Assembly: GCA_964016885.1 (NCBI GenBank)
Contig: OZ024755.1
Coordinates: 8,370,001 to 8,434,000, forward strand
Direction of reading: 5' to 3'
DNA length: 64,000 nucleotides
Source of the DNA: Eledone cirrhosa
Taxonomy: Eukaryota
In this document: in pieces, positions 28,591 through 43,348 of the stretch
How the letters are laid out: each line of letters begins with the position of its first letter
Numbering within the stretch: the stretch's first letter is position 1
Program-made: the position numbers and the translations under genes
Notes under the pieces: model-generated
What the model saw: only the letters and a program-made list of their open reading frames with translations
Told to the model about the DNA's origin: nothing
The model's database searches: none

Positions 28591-28961
28591 TTGTAGTACA
28601 CAGCTATGTCTATTAATACTCTGAATTCAAATCCCGCCGTAGTTAGCTCTGTATTTCATCACTAATACGAAATACCAGTAACTCCCTGGCGTTGATTTAA
28701 TCGAACTCCCCAAATTGTTATCTTTTTGCCTAAATCAGAAACTAATATTATTAACATTATTCCGAGTAAAAGATTGAGTTTGCAATATGGTTAGCGCGTC
28801 AAACAAATTATTTGAAGTATTTTGTTTGAACTTCTACGATCCTCTAGATTTCGACTTAATATCAGTTAAGTACTGATGTCAACATTATCGAATTTTCTCT
28901 TCTCCTAAATTGCTGGCCTTGTGTGAATATTAGAGTTAAAAACATTATTATGTAATCTATG

Positions 28962-29151
28962 TAATAATTGTTTCTACATTTTGGCACAAGGCCAGCAATT
29001 AGCCAGTATATTACTGATACTTTATTTTATCGATCCCATAAGGATGAAAGGCGCAGTTAACCTCGGCGGAATTTGAACTCAGATCATAAAGGGACGTAAC
29101 TCTATGCTTCAAAGCATTGTGCCCGACTCTCTACCGATACTGCCAATCCAC
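28962..29151 (-). mobile_element. S1 SINE
   Basis: Near-complete match to 8715-8901. Confidence 0.9.
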
Positions 29152-29681
29152 TATAATAATAATTAATGACTTTTCTTTCCATGAAGTCCTTTTACTTTTG
29201 AGATGTACTTCACCGATTCTAAAATTGCGTGCATCATAAAAGTAGCAGCTAAGCTAACCAACATCTGAAGAAGAGGTATTTTTACCAATTCATTTATCAT
29301 CAAGGGAAATGAAAAGATACTGTCTAAAGAAGGGGAAGAGGAGGGAATATGATGAAGAGGAAAGAAGAAGTATCGGTCTAACATACTAGCCAGAAGATAT
29401 GTGGACTTTTATCTGCATTTTCCCGTGAGTGAGACATCAAAGTGTGTGTTGCTGTGATAATGAGAGCTAACAAACTTACAACTCACAAGATATAACATAT
29501 ATGCTGTTGCCAGCAGTTAAAGAAACACACATGAAACATATATATAGAAAAATAGAATTTACTTTGAAATTCACAGCGAAATCGCCAAAAAGTGTATGAA
29601 GTAAACACTTTTTAAACCTGCTCGATAATTCTATACCTGTTTGGTTTTGGTTTTACATCTCAAACTGACATAAGAAAATGA

Positions 29682-29767
29682 ATATATATATACATATATA
29701 TATACATGTATATACATATATATATATATACATATATATACATATATATATATATACATATATATAC

Positions 29768-29839
<72 letters not shown>

Positions 29840-30055
29840 ACATATACATATATATATACATATATATACATATATATATACATATATATATACATATATA
29901 TATACATATATATATACATATATATACATATATATACATATATATACATATATATACATATATATATACATATATATACATATATATACATATATATATA
30001 CATATATATACATATATATATACATATATATATACATATATATACATATATATAC

Positions 30056-30088
<33 letters not shown>

Positions 30089-30170
30089 CATATATATACA
30101 TATATATACATATATATACATATATATACATATATATACATATATATATATACATACGCACACACACATA
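29682..30170. repeat. (TA)nCA higher-order microsatellite
   Basis: Direct reading. Confidence 0.95.
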
Positions 30171-31077
30171 TCACAATCTTTGTCATGTCAGTTCTTGAAC
30201 TATATATATATGTATGTATGTATATGTATATAGATATATGTGTGGGTGTGTAGTATAATTGGCAACGTATAAAATTGACGTACATAGATTCGACCCCTAC
30301 TGACGGGTCATCATCTTTTTTGGAGAGTACGCAATGACCATGAAATCGACATGGAAATTAAAAGCACTCATGAAAAATAAACAAATTAGATAGCCAAAGA
30401 ATACAAATGCTGGCACACGAAGAACTACAGCTGTTACACATACATCAATAAATACAAGAAATACTTTGTTTTAAATATTGATTATGAACGATATAAATTG
30501 TTTTCCGTCAATAATATTGAACATGCAAATATAAAGCACATACTACGGAAACTAGAGATTACCTGCCTCTGCAGTGAAATTCGTGAGAATAATTGGACAT
30601 ATAATGAGGAGAGGAGGAATCGTACGCCTTTTCCTTTCATCTGTGATGAGCAAAAGAAAGGAAGAATTTGGAAGTATTTGCAAAATGCTTTTTCTTCATT
30701 CGCACAGATGAACTGATAGTCCCGAAACGTTAGATCCCTCTCCTTCACGTCATAATTTCTTCAGATTCGTGAACTTCACAATAATCTCACATATTGATAT
30801 ACAACAATGGAGTTTATTACTTAAAATGAAGGACAAATAGTATTCAAATGAGGCAAGTATCTATTGTTAAGCATATCACAAATTTGGAAGGATAGGAAGT
30901 AAAACAAATAGAATACCAATATACGCTAACGAAATGTTTATTACTGTCCAATTTTAATTGATAAATGATGTGCATCAGTGAATGAAATTAGTTGTTGAAT
31001 GAACGAGAACAAAAAATAGTACATTCATATCAGACTTCATCAAATACATTTATTATATCAGCTGGACTACACAACCA

Positions 31078-31363
31078 CCAGTTTTAGTGCCTACGGATTT
31101 CCATCTGTTCTACAAGCTGAAACTTCAGTTCAATAGACGCCGCTTTCACACCGTTGCCGAGATCCTGAGCACATGGCAGACGGTTCTCGACTCGCTTATG
31201 GAAAACGTTTCCTAGGCTGGATTCCAAAAGTGGTAGGAACGCTGGGACTAGTGTATATCTGCACAAGATGACTATTTCGAAGGAGATGATATTAAAATGT
31301 AGGTAAATATATTAGATGTCTTAAAACATAACTAGTCCGGAAACTTTTTGATAACACCTCGTA
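31078..31363 (+). mobile_element. 3' end of a mariner transposon: transposase pseudogene C-terminus, 3' TIR and TA
   Basis: 31078-31302 translates PVLVPTDFHLFYKLKLQFNRRRFHTVAEI...GFQKW*ERWD*CISAQDDYFEGD, matching mariner YSPDLAPxDFHLF...RW..CI...GDYFE, with 3 in-frame stops. The TIR-like gtccggaaactttttgataacacctcg (31335-61) ends at TA. Confidence 0.85.
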
Positions 31364-33091
31364 ATTAGCAAGTGAATGAGTATTCCACAGGAATGTGCGC
31401 CAGTATCGTATTTCTATCGAAGAGCTAGTGTGGTACAGCGTTACACGGTTGGTCGTTTCAATACGAGATACAATCGAGCTGATATTTTCCATCTATCTAA
31501 TTTTATTTTCAACGCTTAGTGATACTCGATGTCGTGAGAAAAAATACAACACCAATATGTCGGACAGTAAGTTGAAACACAAAATCTCATAAATGAAAAA
31601 CGAACTTCTGAAGAACTCGGCCGTACATACATCCTTAACGGTTATACAATGCAACATCTACCCACAAAAGCAAGATGAATGTATACAATCTCAAAACAAT
31701 CTCCATTAATATCGGAAACTCTATTTCAGCACTACTTTTCTCTCGAACGTAACACCTCTGACGACTGCAATAAATCAACTGTTTAGCAGTAGTCGTAAAT
31801 CATATTTTATGTAAGAAGCTTTAAAAAAGATAACCAGTTGGACAAGTTATTATCAACAGCAAAAAATATCTATATAAAAATATGAATAGAAATAAAAGCT
31901 ACATTGAAGAGATGAATGAATGCAACATCATATACATAGTGTAGTTGCATCTAAAGATATTGAAATTAATAAATTGGGGCAACACTAGCATGAAGAATAG
32001 CTATGAATAAATCAACAAAACATGATTTCATTCATTCCAGATTGAATGGAGAAAGAGAATAGACAAAACGTTTGTTGACCGATGAAAGTGGTGCCCAGGC
32101 CAAAAATACGAATAAGTTAATAGATACTAAAACATTAGAAATACTCTAGATTTCTAATGTTATATGTTGGAACATAAATGAAAGTATGATAGCTTATGTA
32201 GATAAGGGTTTATGTTTAGGATATAAACTGACGAATAAGATCGAGGCATATTTTTAGGATAAAACTGCTAGAATCAACCTTTGATTGATTCTATTTGCCA
32301 ACAAAAGAGCGATCTAAAAATCATAGGAGAACCATCCCCTAAAGGATATGATATAATCATAAAAAAAAGATACGAAGAATTATAACTTTCCCCAAAGGCC
32401 AGCTGAACTAAACTCCCTTGTGATGTCAGTACAAAATCAGTATTTCATCCTCAAAATATATCCACAATATTGCAAACAACGAGATCATAGATTTATTCAA
32501 CTATTATCGCAGTCAAACACCGAGAATCGACCTAATTACGTCAGGATGGATGAGAATATTAAGTCCTATTTTTGTTACTTCGAGCACAGAAATAAACGAC
32601 TCTCAACCGCACGAAGCTGGTTAGAAATACACCATGCAGGCAATATTTAGGTTAACTTTTCTAGATTCTTACAAAATTCATTTCAGCACGGTCCTAATAT
32701 TACTAGGGCTGCTCAGACACCAGTTGAGGAACCGAGTGATACAATCAACTTTATATCTGCTAAAGGCCTTATGTATGGACAATAAATATGTACCACCAGC
32801 TTGTTAAACCTGTATGCCTCGCCATCGTCCCATCGAGTCGAGAATACATTCTCAGACTTAAACCCACTCCAGCAATGAAAAACATATGAATACAAATATA
32901 CATACATAGACACACACGAATGTGTTTGTATGTATATATATATATATATATATAACCTCATATATATTTAAAGTATAATAGGGTTGTATATAACACCATG
33001 TCTTTATATACTATAAAACTATTAGAGCCTCGCTATCAATGAACAATACTTTTTTTTATACCGAAGCTTTCATATACACTACTAATATATA

Positions 33092-33139
<48 letters not shown>

Positions 33140-35453
33140 GCATATCCAGTGAAAAGCACTTCATTATATATTCTAATCTGAGATACATTACAACAATCCA
33201 CTTCACATTAAACCCATCCAGTTGTTACTAGTCTTTCATATCTATCGTATCTCTATGTCTATAATGGCAACTGTCCACACATTTCCTATTACAGATGTCC
33301 TTACACACGCGTCCAACAAAAGTAATCAATTTTTCTTTCGCACTGCTGACTACATACTTTTCAGAATGCTTGTCTCCACTGAAAATGATATCACTTGTTC
33401 ACAGGGAATAAAGGAAAATTGCACAAGAGGAAAATTGAATACATTATCATATATCCTTATATTTCTATATTATCACATATCCTGATATCTTATATTTTCA
33501 CATATTATCATTATATTGCAGCATGTGGCATTACATGGTTTGACGGAACTTCAAATACCTAGTAATTATATCATCCTGTTAAAGATAGGCATAGCTGATT
33601 GGTTAAGGCTATCTCGTGTTTGAAATGCATTCGTTCAGATGAAAAGAGTTCAATTTGATTTGATGAACGAAACAGCATGCTCGGGAATCCATGGCGTAAA
33701 TGGCTGAAGAAGCCAGAGGCACATGTTACATACCATAACTGTAAATCAACTCATGCCTTCTGAATAATATTGGGAAGACTAAAACTATTCGTAAGCCCAT
33801 CAGATGGTCTGTAATTGTAATTTAAAAGGCCAGCCTTGTAACATATTTTGTCATGCTGATTATGCATGACAATTAATTTAAGGGCACACATGTGAATTGA
33901 ATACTCGGCCACTAGCATGTTAATTTGGCAGAATATCTCTGAAAACTAAGTAGTTTTCAGTGAAATTCAGCGTAGCATAATATGTGACAAAGCTGGTTCT
34001 TTGAGTTACGGATGCAACTCATTGTTACCTGCTCGGAGTACTGAAGGAATATGAAATATGTGTCTTCTTTAAGAATGCAATCGAGAATTGAACTCATATT
34101 TTTTCCATGTAAAACCAGGGTATACAGTGTGTCCGATTTTTTCATAAAACGGTAGGGTCTTATTTGATGGATATTTGGGTATTATTTCTCGTACGTCTAG
34201 TTAGCCCATCCAATTTAAGGTCGTTTCCTATCGATTAAGTTAATATAGGCGATCGAGCGGAATATCTAAATCGTGCCAAGTTTCATAATAGCTACATTGT
34301 TTACGTTATCACGCTAGAAAAGAAGATTTGTAAAGTCTAACAAAGACTTAGCTTCCTATTAATATCTATAGTTAATAGATAGACTAGCAGTTTGTCTAGA
34401 CTAAGCATTATATTAGTTTAATATCTCGGCAATCAAGGTTAACTATAATACATATTAATCGTTCAGTCTACCATTTTGAAAATATACATTTAATGTGGTC
34501 AGTGTAATCATGTAATTATATTAAGTTATTTAATTTTACAAATATTCACAATTCTATACCACACACATATATATGTCACAGACACATTTATGCCCCCTAC
34601 AAATATATTGTTCAATTATTGCAGAGGTTAGAACAGTTAGAGTAAAAAATAAGATGGCAGTGGAAGAGAAGGGGTGAAACGAAATAGTCACTCTAATTAT
34701 GAGAAATAGCAGTCAATTTCTCCTTAAACACTACCATATCTTCTTAACAAAGAAAGGTTGAACAAGATAGTCATACGTATACATAATTGGATGGTCATGG
34801 CTGGAACGTCTTTCAACATATCTCAATTCAATCAAGATTGACTAAACAATCATCTGGTTCCGTGTTTGCTTTCACAGAGTACCATCTTGCTCAAGTATCT
34901 TAACCCAAAAGTTGTGACTGAGATTTGGTTGACAGAATCTGTAGAAGAGAATCGTGTATATATATTTGTCCGTGTTTTACGTTTGGCTGTGCCTGACATC
35001 ATGACCAGAAATTTAATTGGTTGATAAAGAATATTTAATAGAATAAGTATCAGATTTCCAAAAGACAGTGCAGGGGTCAATATTATCTACTAAATTCTTT
35101 CAACGAATTGCCACAGTATAACTAAATTCTAGTGACTGACATTCAGTAAAGCAGTAAAAGAAAAAATATTTATATATTGTAAACATTGATTATGTTTTAG
35201 TCTTCTGAACTTACTAAAATCTGCAGGTTCAACGATTATATATAATTGCTTAGTAAACAGCGTTGGCGTATAATTTCCAGTTAAGTTTTGTTTAACCATG
35301 TTGGTTTCTAATATCCAGTTATGTAATCTGTAATAAACTCCATAGCAACAAGAATGGTAACTTTTCTCTCAACCACTCTCATATGTGTATAAATGTATAT
35401 AAATCATTTTAAGAAAATATAAGGATACAAAAAAATATTTTCATACATAAAAG

Positions 35454-35649
35454 GATCGATCGATCGTCAAATCGGACCGAGAAAACAATGTTTTCAACGG
35501 GCTTTCCAGTTGCTAGTACTATCTACCAGTCGCAACTCCAGTTAGAAGGAGCAGGTGAAGGATATAACGTATCGCCCGGTCCAGGAATCGATCTCACAAC
35601 CTCAAGATTGTGAATCCAATTCTCTAACCCCTTAGCTACACGCCTTCAC
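35454..35649 (-). mobile_element. S2b SINE (tRNA-like head plus tail b)
   Basis: Reverse complement: gtgaaggcgtgtagctaaggggttagag...gagatcgattcctggaccgggcg...ggagttgcgac...tcggtccgatttgacgatcgatc. Confidence 0.75.
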
Positions 35650-35674
35650 ACATACATATATAGACACATATATA

Positions 35675-35865
35675 TAACGGAGGAAATGTGGTAAGGAACC
35701 AGATGGACCATAACGCACCAAAGTACTCAATACTTTGGGTAGTAGAGTGGGTAATAGGAACGAGTAGGACACCAACGGCTGAGCTCAAGCCGTTTCGACG
35801 GCTAATTCTGGACCAGAATTAGCCGTCGAAACGGCTTGAGCTCAGCCGTCGGGGTCCTACTCGTT

Positions 35866-35870
<5 letters not shown>
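35675..35870 (-). mobile_element. Family B palindromic mini-element, most intact copy
   Basis: 58-bp arms 35754-35811/35813-35870 with 2 mismatches, plus an 80-bp unique tail; TA repeats on both sides. Strand given relative to the 9787 and 36828 copies. Confidence 0.85.
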
Positions 35871-35906
<36 letters not shown>

Positions 35907-35914
<8 letters not shown>

Positions 35915-36037
35915 ATACTTTGGGAGGGTCATGTTGCCAATAAGAAACACACGCACCATGACCCTCCCAAAGTATAACAATATCGGTTTCAACACACGAT
36001 TTCAGATAAAGAATCTTGCTAAACAAATTCAGAAACG

Positions 36038-36040
<3 letters not shown>
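35907..36040. mobile_element. Family D hairpin mini-element in (TA)n
   Basis: Perfect 27-bp inverted repeat 35907-33/35957-83 with a 23-nt loop and a short tail; related arm atgaccctccccaagtataacaata at 10484-10508. Confidence 0.6.
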
Positions 36041-36084
<44 letters not shown>

Positions 36085-36606
36085 TGAACTATTTCCGTCG
36101 GAGAGGTACAGGAAAAAAAGAGTGCTGTATGTAGGCTACAGAGCTTATTAGTTATGTAATAAACAACATAAGATAATTATTTCATTTACCAGTGGTTTCT
36201 TGAAGGCAGATGTTAAGTCTGTCTACAGTCGACAGAATGAATAAATAACGTGGTGTTTTTATTAAATATGGATTTGAAAACAAAATTTAGGAAATATGAA
36301 TGTGGGGCTGAAAAAACGGGCAGAAAGGAAATAGGGAAAACAAAATATAAATAAAAATAAATATCCAGAACATAACATACACACACTCAACCACGCGCTT
36401 GTAATAGTACGTAGACGTATACTTTCTCACATAAGCGTATTAGCGTCTACATAGAAATTCTCTCAAATATGTACACACAAATACACACACACATATATAA
36501 AAAGGGGGGTGTATACACACAAAGATACATACAAACACAAACACAAAAAGCTCTATAAATACGCGTACGTGTATATACACATGCACATACATATATATAT
36601 ATATAA

Positions 36607-36638
<32 letters not shown>

Positions 36639-36797
36639 GTACACATACATACCCATACACACATATATACATGCATACACAGACACACACACTCACACAC
36701 ATATCAATTTGATAACAGAGCGTACTTTTTCCTTCATACATTCAATGCAAATCTCTGACACTACAAATATATACGTCCAATATATATATATATATAT

Positions 36798-36827
<30 letters not shown>

Positions 36828-36831
<4 letters not shown>

Positions 36832-37018
36832 AGAAGTTTGACCCCGACGGCAGAGTTCAAGCAGTTTGGACGGCTATTTCTGGACTGAAATAGCTGTCGA
36901 AAGGGCTTGAGCTCTGCCGTCGAGGTCATACATTTTCCTATTATCCACTCTACTACCCTAAGTATTGAGTACTCGGGTGCATTATGGTCCATCTGGTTCC
37001 TTACCACAACTCCTTCGT

Positions 37019-37020
<2 letters not shown>
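36828..37020 (+). mobile_element. Family B palindromic mini-element, diverged, inverted relative to 35675-35870
   Basis: Same palindrome and tail ccactctactaccc.aagtattgagtact..ggtgc.ttatggtccatctggttccttaccaca. Confidence 0.85.
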
Positions 37021-37050
<30 letters not shown>

Positions 37051-37074
37051 TGTATGTATGTATGTATGTATGTA

Positions 37075-37137
<63 letters not shown>
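37021..37137. repeat. (TATG)n(TG)n microsatellite
   Basis: Direct reading. Confidence 0.95.
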
Positions 37138-37141
<4 letters not shown>

Positions 37142-37775
37142 ATGGACGAGAGGGGACAAACAGGCAGATATTACTAAGATGGTGATGGTTATGGGTCTGC
37201 AATTAATTTTGACAATGGTTATTCAGTTGTTAGACCAACTGAACGCCCATCTCATGAATTAGCGTGATGCAATATATACCTAGATTTGACATTTATATTA
37301 CATGTACAATCCTTACGACATATATATATGAGTGTATGTAGATGTACATGTCTGTGTATGTGTATGTGTGAGTGTGTATATGTGCGGGTGTATGTGTGCA
37401 TGCGTGGTTACGTATGTTTGTGTTGGTTTTAGATGAACTATTATCAAACATTTAAACGAACCGCCTACGTAAATATTGATCCATATATGTAAGGAAAGTT
37501 ATTTGTACGGTTTACTAAACTACCTACTATATGCAAAGGGCTTATGAGTAGCAAGATAATGAAGATATGGCCGGAACAATTAATTACAGTTTGTATGGTC
37601 TGATGTGATATGATCTTACAGTAGAACAGACTATACAATTGCCTGGTTACTCGCCAACACGTAAATTACTTCAGACCAATATTATGACTGAATATTGGAT
37701 TGATAATTTGGTGCGGCGTTAGTGTTTGCTGTAGAATGTTCCCTATAGAGATAACGTGGGGACCAACTAATTGCT

Positions 37776-38185
37776 ATATATATATATATATTATATATTA
37801 ATGTATATTATATATTTATGTATATTATATATATATATGATATATTTATGTATATTATATATATATGTATATTATATATATATATATTATTTATTTATGT
37901 ATATTATATATATATATTATATATTTATGTATATTATATATATATATATATTATTATTTATGTATATTATATATATATATATATATATATAATTATTTAT
38001 GTATATTATATATATATATATATATATTATTATTTATGTATATTATATATATATATATATTATTATTTATGTATATTATATATATATATATATATTATTA
38101 TTTATGTATATTATATATATATATATGTATATATATATTTTATTATATTATATATATATATATATATATTATTTATGTATATTAT
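37776..38185. repeat. Minisatellite built from atttatgtatatt(at)n units
   Basis: About 10 recurrences of tttatgtatattatata. Confidence 0.85.
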
Positions 38186-38583
38186 GGGCGGTGGATTGGC
38201 AGTATCGGTGGAGGGTCGGACGCCATGCTTTGACGCATAGAGTTACGGCCCTTGCTATTCTGAGTTCAAATCCCGCCGAGGCTAACTTTGCCTTTCATCC
38301 TTATGGGGTCGATAAAATAAAGTACCAGTAATACACTGGTAATATATATATATATATATATGTAAATACATATATATGTATATATATATATATATACCTA
38401 TATATGTATATATATATATATATATATACACATATATATGTATATATATATATACATATATGTATATATATATATATACATATATATGTATATATATATA
38501 TATACATATATATGTATATATATATATATATATTATTATTTATGTATGTACCAGTAATGCACTGGAATAATTGCTGGCCTTGA
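38186..38583 (+). mobile_element. S1 SINE interrupted by a TA microsatellite (about 38341-38547)
   Basis: Head and central domain 38186-38339; tail resumes at 38548 (gtaccagtaatgcactggaataattgctggccttg). Confidence 0.85.
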
Positions 38584-38666
38584 GGGATTTTATCAATCTC
38601 CATAGAATAATCGATAATATGTATCCCAGTTATATCATGTTTTGAATACAATTTATTCCTTCTAAG

Positions 38667-39129
38667 TTTATATTAGATAATATGTGTGTGATACGTGTGT
38701 ATATGTGCGGACATTTTTTTGCTCATTTCAATGAATTTTTATTGTATTTCGTGTTGTGCTTCCTTAATTTTTAGATATAAATTATATTTTAATATATTTA
38801 GAGTTTATGTATTAAAAGATAATTACCAAGTTTCTTGTTTCATGTTAGATAACAATTATGTATAGTTTAATCAATGAATGTAGGATTTTGTATGTTCTTT
38901 TCTCCTGCATATGAACATGCATGAATATATGTAAGTATCTCCGAACATGTATTTATGAATATTTGTGTGAAGCGGGAGTATGTGTGTGTATATATATCAT
39001 ATGTATACACGTAATCGTATGTGTGATTAGGAAGTTATATGTGTGTTATGAATATATTGGTTATCTGCAGTTTTTCTCGCAATATCACGTATAAGAAAAT
39101 ACACATGGGTATACATACACGCATACTTT

Positions 39130-39191
<62 letters not shown>

Positions 39192-39298
39192 AGAGAAGCA
39201 CATAGATAGAGAAGGAAATACAATAAAAATTCATTGAAATGAGCAAAAAAATGTCCACACATATACACACGTATCACACACATATTATCTAATATAAA
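38667..39298. mobile_element. Putative MITE or fold-back unit with 84-bp terminal inverted repeats
   Basis: 38667-38750 and 39215-39298 are reverse complements with 1 mismatch. Confidence 0.55.
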
Positions 39299-39659
39299 AT
39301 AATTACATCAACATTCCAGAAAGAAACTACAATCCATAACCCATCACAAACAATAGCAGAAGCGACGATATATATAAAATAACGCCATGAGTCATATAAA
39401 TGGAATAAAATCCAGATTACAAACTACATGCTAACAATTCATAGAAGAGCACAGATTTCTATTGTTAATTGTACAGCGGTCAACTGAAACCATTGATTTT
39501 GTATTACAAACTTGTTTATAGAGATACACACATACACACACATACACTTATATATATACACCCACCCACACCCACACATACATATATATATACACACTCA
39601 CACACACACATACACACACTCACTCACACACAAACATATATATATATATAATTAATTAA

Positions 39660-39799
39660 ATATATATGTGTATATATATATATAAGTATATATATCCATA
39701 TATATAAGTATATATATCCATATATATATGTATATATATCTATATATATAAGTAATATATATACATATATATATATATATATCTATATATATAAGTATA

Positions 39800-39894
<95 letters not shown>

Positions 39895-40286
39895 TATATA
39901 TATACTTATATATATATTTTAATATATATATATTATATTACTTATATATATATATATATACTTATATATATGATTTTTATGTTTGGGGTTTGAGTTTGCT
40001 ACTCACATATATGAATGTGCTCTGTAATATATATATATACATATATATACTTATATATATATTTTAATAAATATATACTAATATATGTATATATATATAC
40101 TTATATATATATATTTATATATATACATATATATGTATATATTTGTATATATAAGTATGTACATATATATATATAAGTATGTAAATATATATATATATAT
40201 AAGTATGTATATATATATATATATATATATAAATATGTATATATATATATATATAAATATGTATATATAATATATATATAAATATG

Positions 40287-40319
<33 letters not shown>

Positions 40320-40400
40320 TTATATATATTTATATATATATATATTTATATATATTTATATATATTTATATATATATATTTATATATATTTATATATATT

Positions 40401-40435
<35 letters not shown>

Positions 40436-40582
40436 TTATATATATTTATATATATTTATATATATTTATATATATTTATATATATATATATACAGATTTA
40501 TATATATGTACATATTTATATATATTTATATATATATATATACATATTTATATATATATATACATATTTATATATATATACA

Positions 40583-40620
<38 letters not shown>

Positions 40621-40669
40621 TGTATATATATATATATATAAATATGTATATATATATATAAATATGTAT

Positions 40670-40704
<35 letters not shown>

Positions 40705-40788
40705 AATATATATAAATATGTACATATATATAAATCTGTATATATATATAAATCTGTATATATATATAAATCTGTATATATATATAAA

Positions 40789-40864
<76 letters not shown>

Positions 40865-40880
40865 ATATATATATATAAAT
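39660..40880. repeat. Zoned compound TA microsatellite containing mirrored blocks
   Basis: Direct reading. Confidence 0.9.
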
Positions 40881-41061
40881 ACGTGAGCGTGTGTATGTGT
40901 GTACAAACAAATCATCCCTTGCTGGTTAGAATGTTATATTGTTATTAAATATAATGCAGAGAAATATTATTGCATTTCGATTATTTTTATGTTTGGGGTT
41001 TGAGTTGGCTACTCACATATATGAATGTGCTCTGTAATATATATATATACATATATATATA

Positions 41062-41144
<83 letters not shown>

Positions 41145-41254
41145 TAAATATACATACGTTGAGTTATTACTTATATATTTATATGTATTATTATTTCTGT
41201 ATTGTGTTAATGTATTGTATATGCTACATAATGTTTCCTCATAAAATTGATTTA

Positions 41255-41292
<38 letters not shown>

Positions 41293-41462
41293 TATATGTA
41301 TAAATACCATATGTATATATGTGTACGTATGTATGTATGCAGTTAGAAACGCATACCACTGGCAATAAACCACACATATGTTTATGTGATGCTATGTATA
41401 GATAAGCTGATACATAGATAATTAGATAGATAGATATGTATACATATATATATAAATTATAT

Positions 41463-41512
<50 letters not shown>

Positions 41513-41579
41513 CTATATCCAAGATTGTATACGTATTTATATATACGTATATGTGGGAGTTAATTGAACAAGTAATTTC

Positions 41580-43348
<1,769 letters not shown>

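Noticed and set aside
37776-38185. Regularly spaced repeats resembling a CRISPR array
   Set aside because: Spacers are just (AT)n of variable length; eukaryotic context and no cas genes.
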